Shown here: positions 19,140-21,079 of the stretch, piece by piece | How positions within the stretch are numbered: position 1 is the first letter of the stretch | Layout of the letters: every line of letters begins with the position of its first letter | Assembly (NCBI GenBank): GCA_038213805.1 | Contig: JBBQSO010000088.1 | Coordinates: 1 to 21,079, forward strand | Origin: Planctomycetota bacterium | GTDB taxonomy: Bacteria > Planctomycetota > UBA11346 | Length of the DNA: 21,079 bases | Reading direction: 5' to 3' | Notes under the pieces: generated by a model | The model's database searches: none | What the model saw: only the letters and a program-made list of their open reading frames with translations | What the model was told of the DNA's origin: nothing | Made by a program: the position numbers and the translations under genes

Positions 19140-19549
19140 GACTGGGCCTCCAGCCAGCGGCGGGCGGCGAACTCGTCGCCCTGCCTGGCTTCATGTCGTG
19201 CGCGTGCCTGCTGCGCCGCGGCGCGGTCGCGTTCCTGCAGCTTGCCGAAGGTGGTGATCTGGCGGTGCGCCTCGACCAGTTCGCCGCGCACCTTGGCGAT
19301 CGCCTGGTCGAGGCGCGCGGTGGCGGTGGCGATGGCCGCGATGTCGGCGCTGATCTTCATCCAGTAGCGCGCGAGCTGTTCGCGGCCCTGCCAGTCGACC
19401 TGGGCGGCGCTCGCGATGCGCGTGGCGGCCAGGGCGGCGGCGCGCGCGACGGACTCGGCGCGCTCGTGCTCGAGCACGGCGAGGCGGCGGCGCAGGCCGT
19501 CCTCCTGCTGGTGGTGGAAGTCGATGAGGCTCTGGAATCGCTCAGCCAC
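19136..19549 (-). CDS. fliJ: Flagellar export protein FliJ
   Basis: GTG at 19549 after GAGGTGG, overlapping the fliI stop. RFQSLIDF...ELVEAHRQITTFGKLQER...QGDEFA coiled-coil pattern; follows fliI. Confidence 0.78.
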   Translation of the reverse strand: MAERFQSLIDFHHQQEDGLRRRLAVLEHERAESVARAAALAATRIASAAQVDWQGREQLARYWMKISADIAAIATATARLDQAIAKVRGELVEAHRQITTFGKLQERDRAAAQQARARHEARQGDEFAARRWLEAQS

Positions 19550-20876
19550 GTGCCACCTCGTCCGGTTTGCCGTCGCCACAGGCCTGGCGCAGCGCCTTCA
19601 GGCTGTCGCCACGCGCGTAGACCTGGCCCATGTCCTGGCGCATGAAGTCGACCAGCCGCGGATTGGCGGCGATCGCCAGGTCGACCTTGGGATCGGCGCC
19701 CTTGCGGTAGGCGCCGATCTCGACCAGGTCGCGCACGCGCTCGTACTCGCTCCACAGCTCGCGCGCCTTGAGCGCCAGGCGGTAGGCGTCCTTGTCGGCA
19801 AGGTCGATGAGCAGGCGGCTGACCGACAGGGTCGGGTCGATGGCCGGATAGATCGTGCGCCCCGCCAGGCGCCGGCTGAGGAAGAGGTGGCCGTCGAGGA
19901 TGGCGCGCACCGCGTCGCCGACCGGGTCGTTCTCGTCGTCGCCGTCGATGAGCACGGTGTAGAGCCCGGTGATCGAGCCGCTCATGCCGGTGCCGGCGCG
20001 CTCGAGCAGGCGCGGCAGCACCGCGAAGGCGCTGGGCGGGTAGCCGCGCGTCACCGGCGGCTCGCCGGCGGCCAGGCCGACCTCGCGCTGCGCCTGGCAG
20101 AAGCGCGTCACCGAATCCATCATCAGCAGCACGTCGAGGCCGGCGTCGCGGAAGTGCTCGGCGATGCTGTGCGCGGCATAGGCCGCGGACAGGCGCTCGA
20201 CCGCAGGCCGGTCGCTGGTCGCGACGATCACCACGCTGCGCGCCAGGCCTTCCGGGCCGAGCACCTTGTCGATGAATTCGCCGACCTCGCGACCGCGCTC
20301 GCCGACCAGGGCGATGACGTTGACGTCGGCCTTGGCATGGCGCGCCATCTCGCCGAGCAACGTCGACTTGCCCACGCCCGAGCCGGCGAAGATCCCCAGG
20401 CGCTGGCCCTTGCCGATGGTGAACATGGTGTCGACCGAGCGGATGCCGGTCTCGAGGATGCGCGTGATCGGCTGGCGGCCGAGCGCCGGCGGCGGGTCGG
20501 CGCTGATCGGGCGGCGCGCCTGGCCGACCAGCGGCCCGCGACCGTCGATGGGGTTGCCGACGCCGTCGATGACGCGCGTGATCAGCGCCGGGCCGACCGG
20601 GATGTCGAGCGGCAGCCGGCGCGCCACCACCTGGTCGCCGGGCCGGATGCCGTCGAGGTGGCCGAGCGGCTGGAGGATGATCTCGCTCTCGCGGAAGCCG
20701 ACCACCACGGCGATGCGCTCGCGGCCGTCGGCGGCGACCACCGTGCAGGTCTCGCCGACCGGCACCGCGGGGCCGCTCGCGACCACCGCCAGGCCGACCA
20801 CGCGCAGCACCACCCCCGAGGCGCGTACCGGCTCGGACGCCGCGGCGGCGCCGACGTAGCGGTCGAGACGGATCAT
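19542..20876 (-). CDS. fliI: Flagellar type III export ATPase FliI
   Basis: ATG at 20876. Walker A GIFAGSGVGKSTLL, ALVGERGREV, Walker B LLMMDSVTRF, GEPPVTRGYPPS and ILDGHLFLSR. Confidence 0.96.
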   Translation of the reverse strand: MIRLDRYVGAAAASEPVRASGVVLRVVGLAVVASGPAVPVGETCTVVAADGRERIAVVVGFRESEIILQPLGHLDGIRPGDQVVARRLPLDIPVGPALITRVIDGVGNPIDGRGPLVGQARRPISADPPPALGRQPITRILETGIRSVDTMFTIGKGQRLGIFAGSGVGKSTLLGEMARHAKADVNVIALVGERGREVGEFIDKVLGPEGLARSVVIVATSDRPAVERLSAAYAAHSIAEHFRDAGLDVLLMMDSVTRFCQAQREVGLAAGEPPVTRGYPPSAFAVLPRLLERAGTGMSGSITGLYTVLIDGDDENDPVGDAVRAILDGHLFLSRRLAGRTIYPAIDPTLSVSRLLIDLADKDAYRLALKARELWSEYERVRDLVEIGAYRKGADPKVDLAIAANPRLVDFMRQDMGQVYARGDSLKALRQACGDGKPDEVARG

Positions 20877-21079
20877 GGTTTGACGCCCGTGGGCGAGGGC
20901 AGGGGCGCGACCGGCGGCGCCGCAGCGGCGGGCGCATCGCCCGGCTGCACGATCTCCGCGCAGTCGGCGGCCGGCGCGAGCGCGAGCAGTTCGTTGGCGA
21001 GGCGTTCCCAGCAGCCGGCCAGGCTGGCGTCGATGCGCGTGCCCTGGCTCTGCAGGACGCACGCCCCACGCGCCAGGGC
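20873..21079 (-). CDS. fliH: Flagellar assembly protein FliH, C-terminal fragment (5' end outside the window; not in the ORF track)
   Basis: Manual translation from 21079: ALARGACVLQSQGTRIDASLAGCWERLANELL...PSPTGVKP*, resembling the FliH C-terminal (L.RGGC...G.IDA.L) motif. Its TGA overlaps the fliI ATG. Confidence 0.78.
   Translation of the reverse strand, partial: ALARGACVLQSQGTRIDASLAGCWERLANELLALAPAADCAEIVQPGDAPAAAAPPVAPLPSPTGVKP

Noticed and set aside
20877..21069. FliI N-terminal extension to 21062 and the 570-aa ORF 19357-21069
   Set aside because: This region encodes the FliH C-terminus in a different frame, and FliI homology starts at 20876.

Overview
Very GC-rich bacterial DNA (about 70% by eye; lineage not determinable, gene mix compatible with Planctomycetota or a deltaproteobacteria-like organism) dominated by motility and signalling genes. 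The + strand (1-7286) carries a chemotaxis operon: cheA (5'-truncated), cheW, a secreted beta-carbonic anhydrase, MCP, cheR, cheD, cheY, cheX and cheB. The - strand (7395-10969) carries a di-haem cytochrome c peroxidase-like gene translationally coupled to a DAHL-like/PAS hybrid histidine kinase. A long-form dCTP deaminase lies on the + strand (11202-12386). The - strand (12534-21079) carries fliH (partial), fliI, fliJ, a motE/ylxF-like gene, flbD, fliL, fliM and fliN, then pilC and a PilS-like kinase. The most unusual signals are (i) the exported carbonic anhydrase inside the che operon directly before the chemoreceptor, (ii) the peroxidase-sensor kinase pair, (iii) short tandem-repeat arrays of three unrelated units (9, 8 and 7 bp) at operon ends, two forming long inverted-repeat hairpins, and (iv) a flagellar operon lacking the hook, stator and export-gate genes at their usual positions. 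No rRNA, tRNA, CRISPR or transposase was recognised. All calls come from motif recognition by eye; no searches were run.
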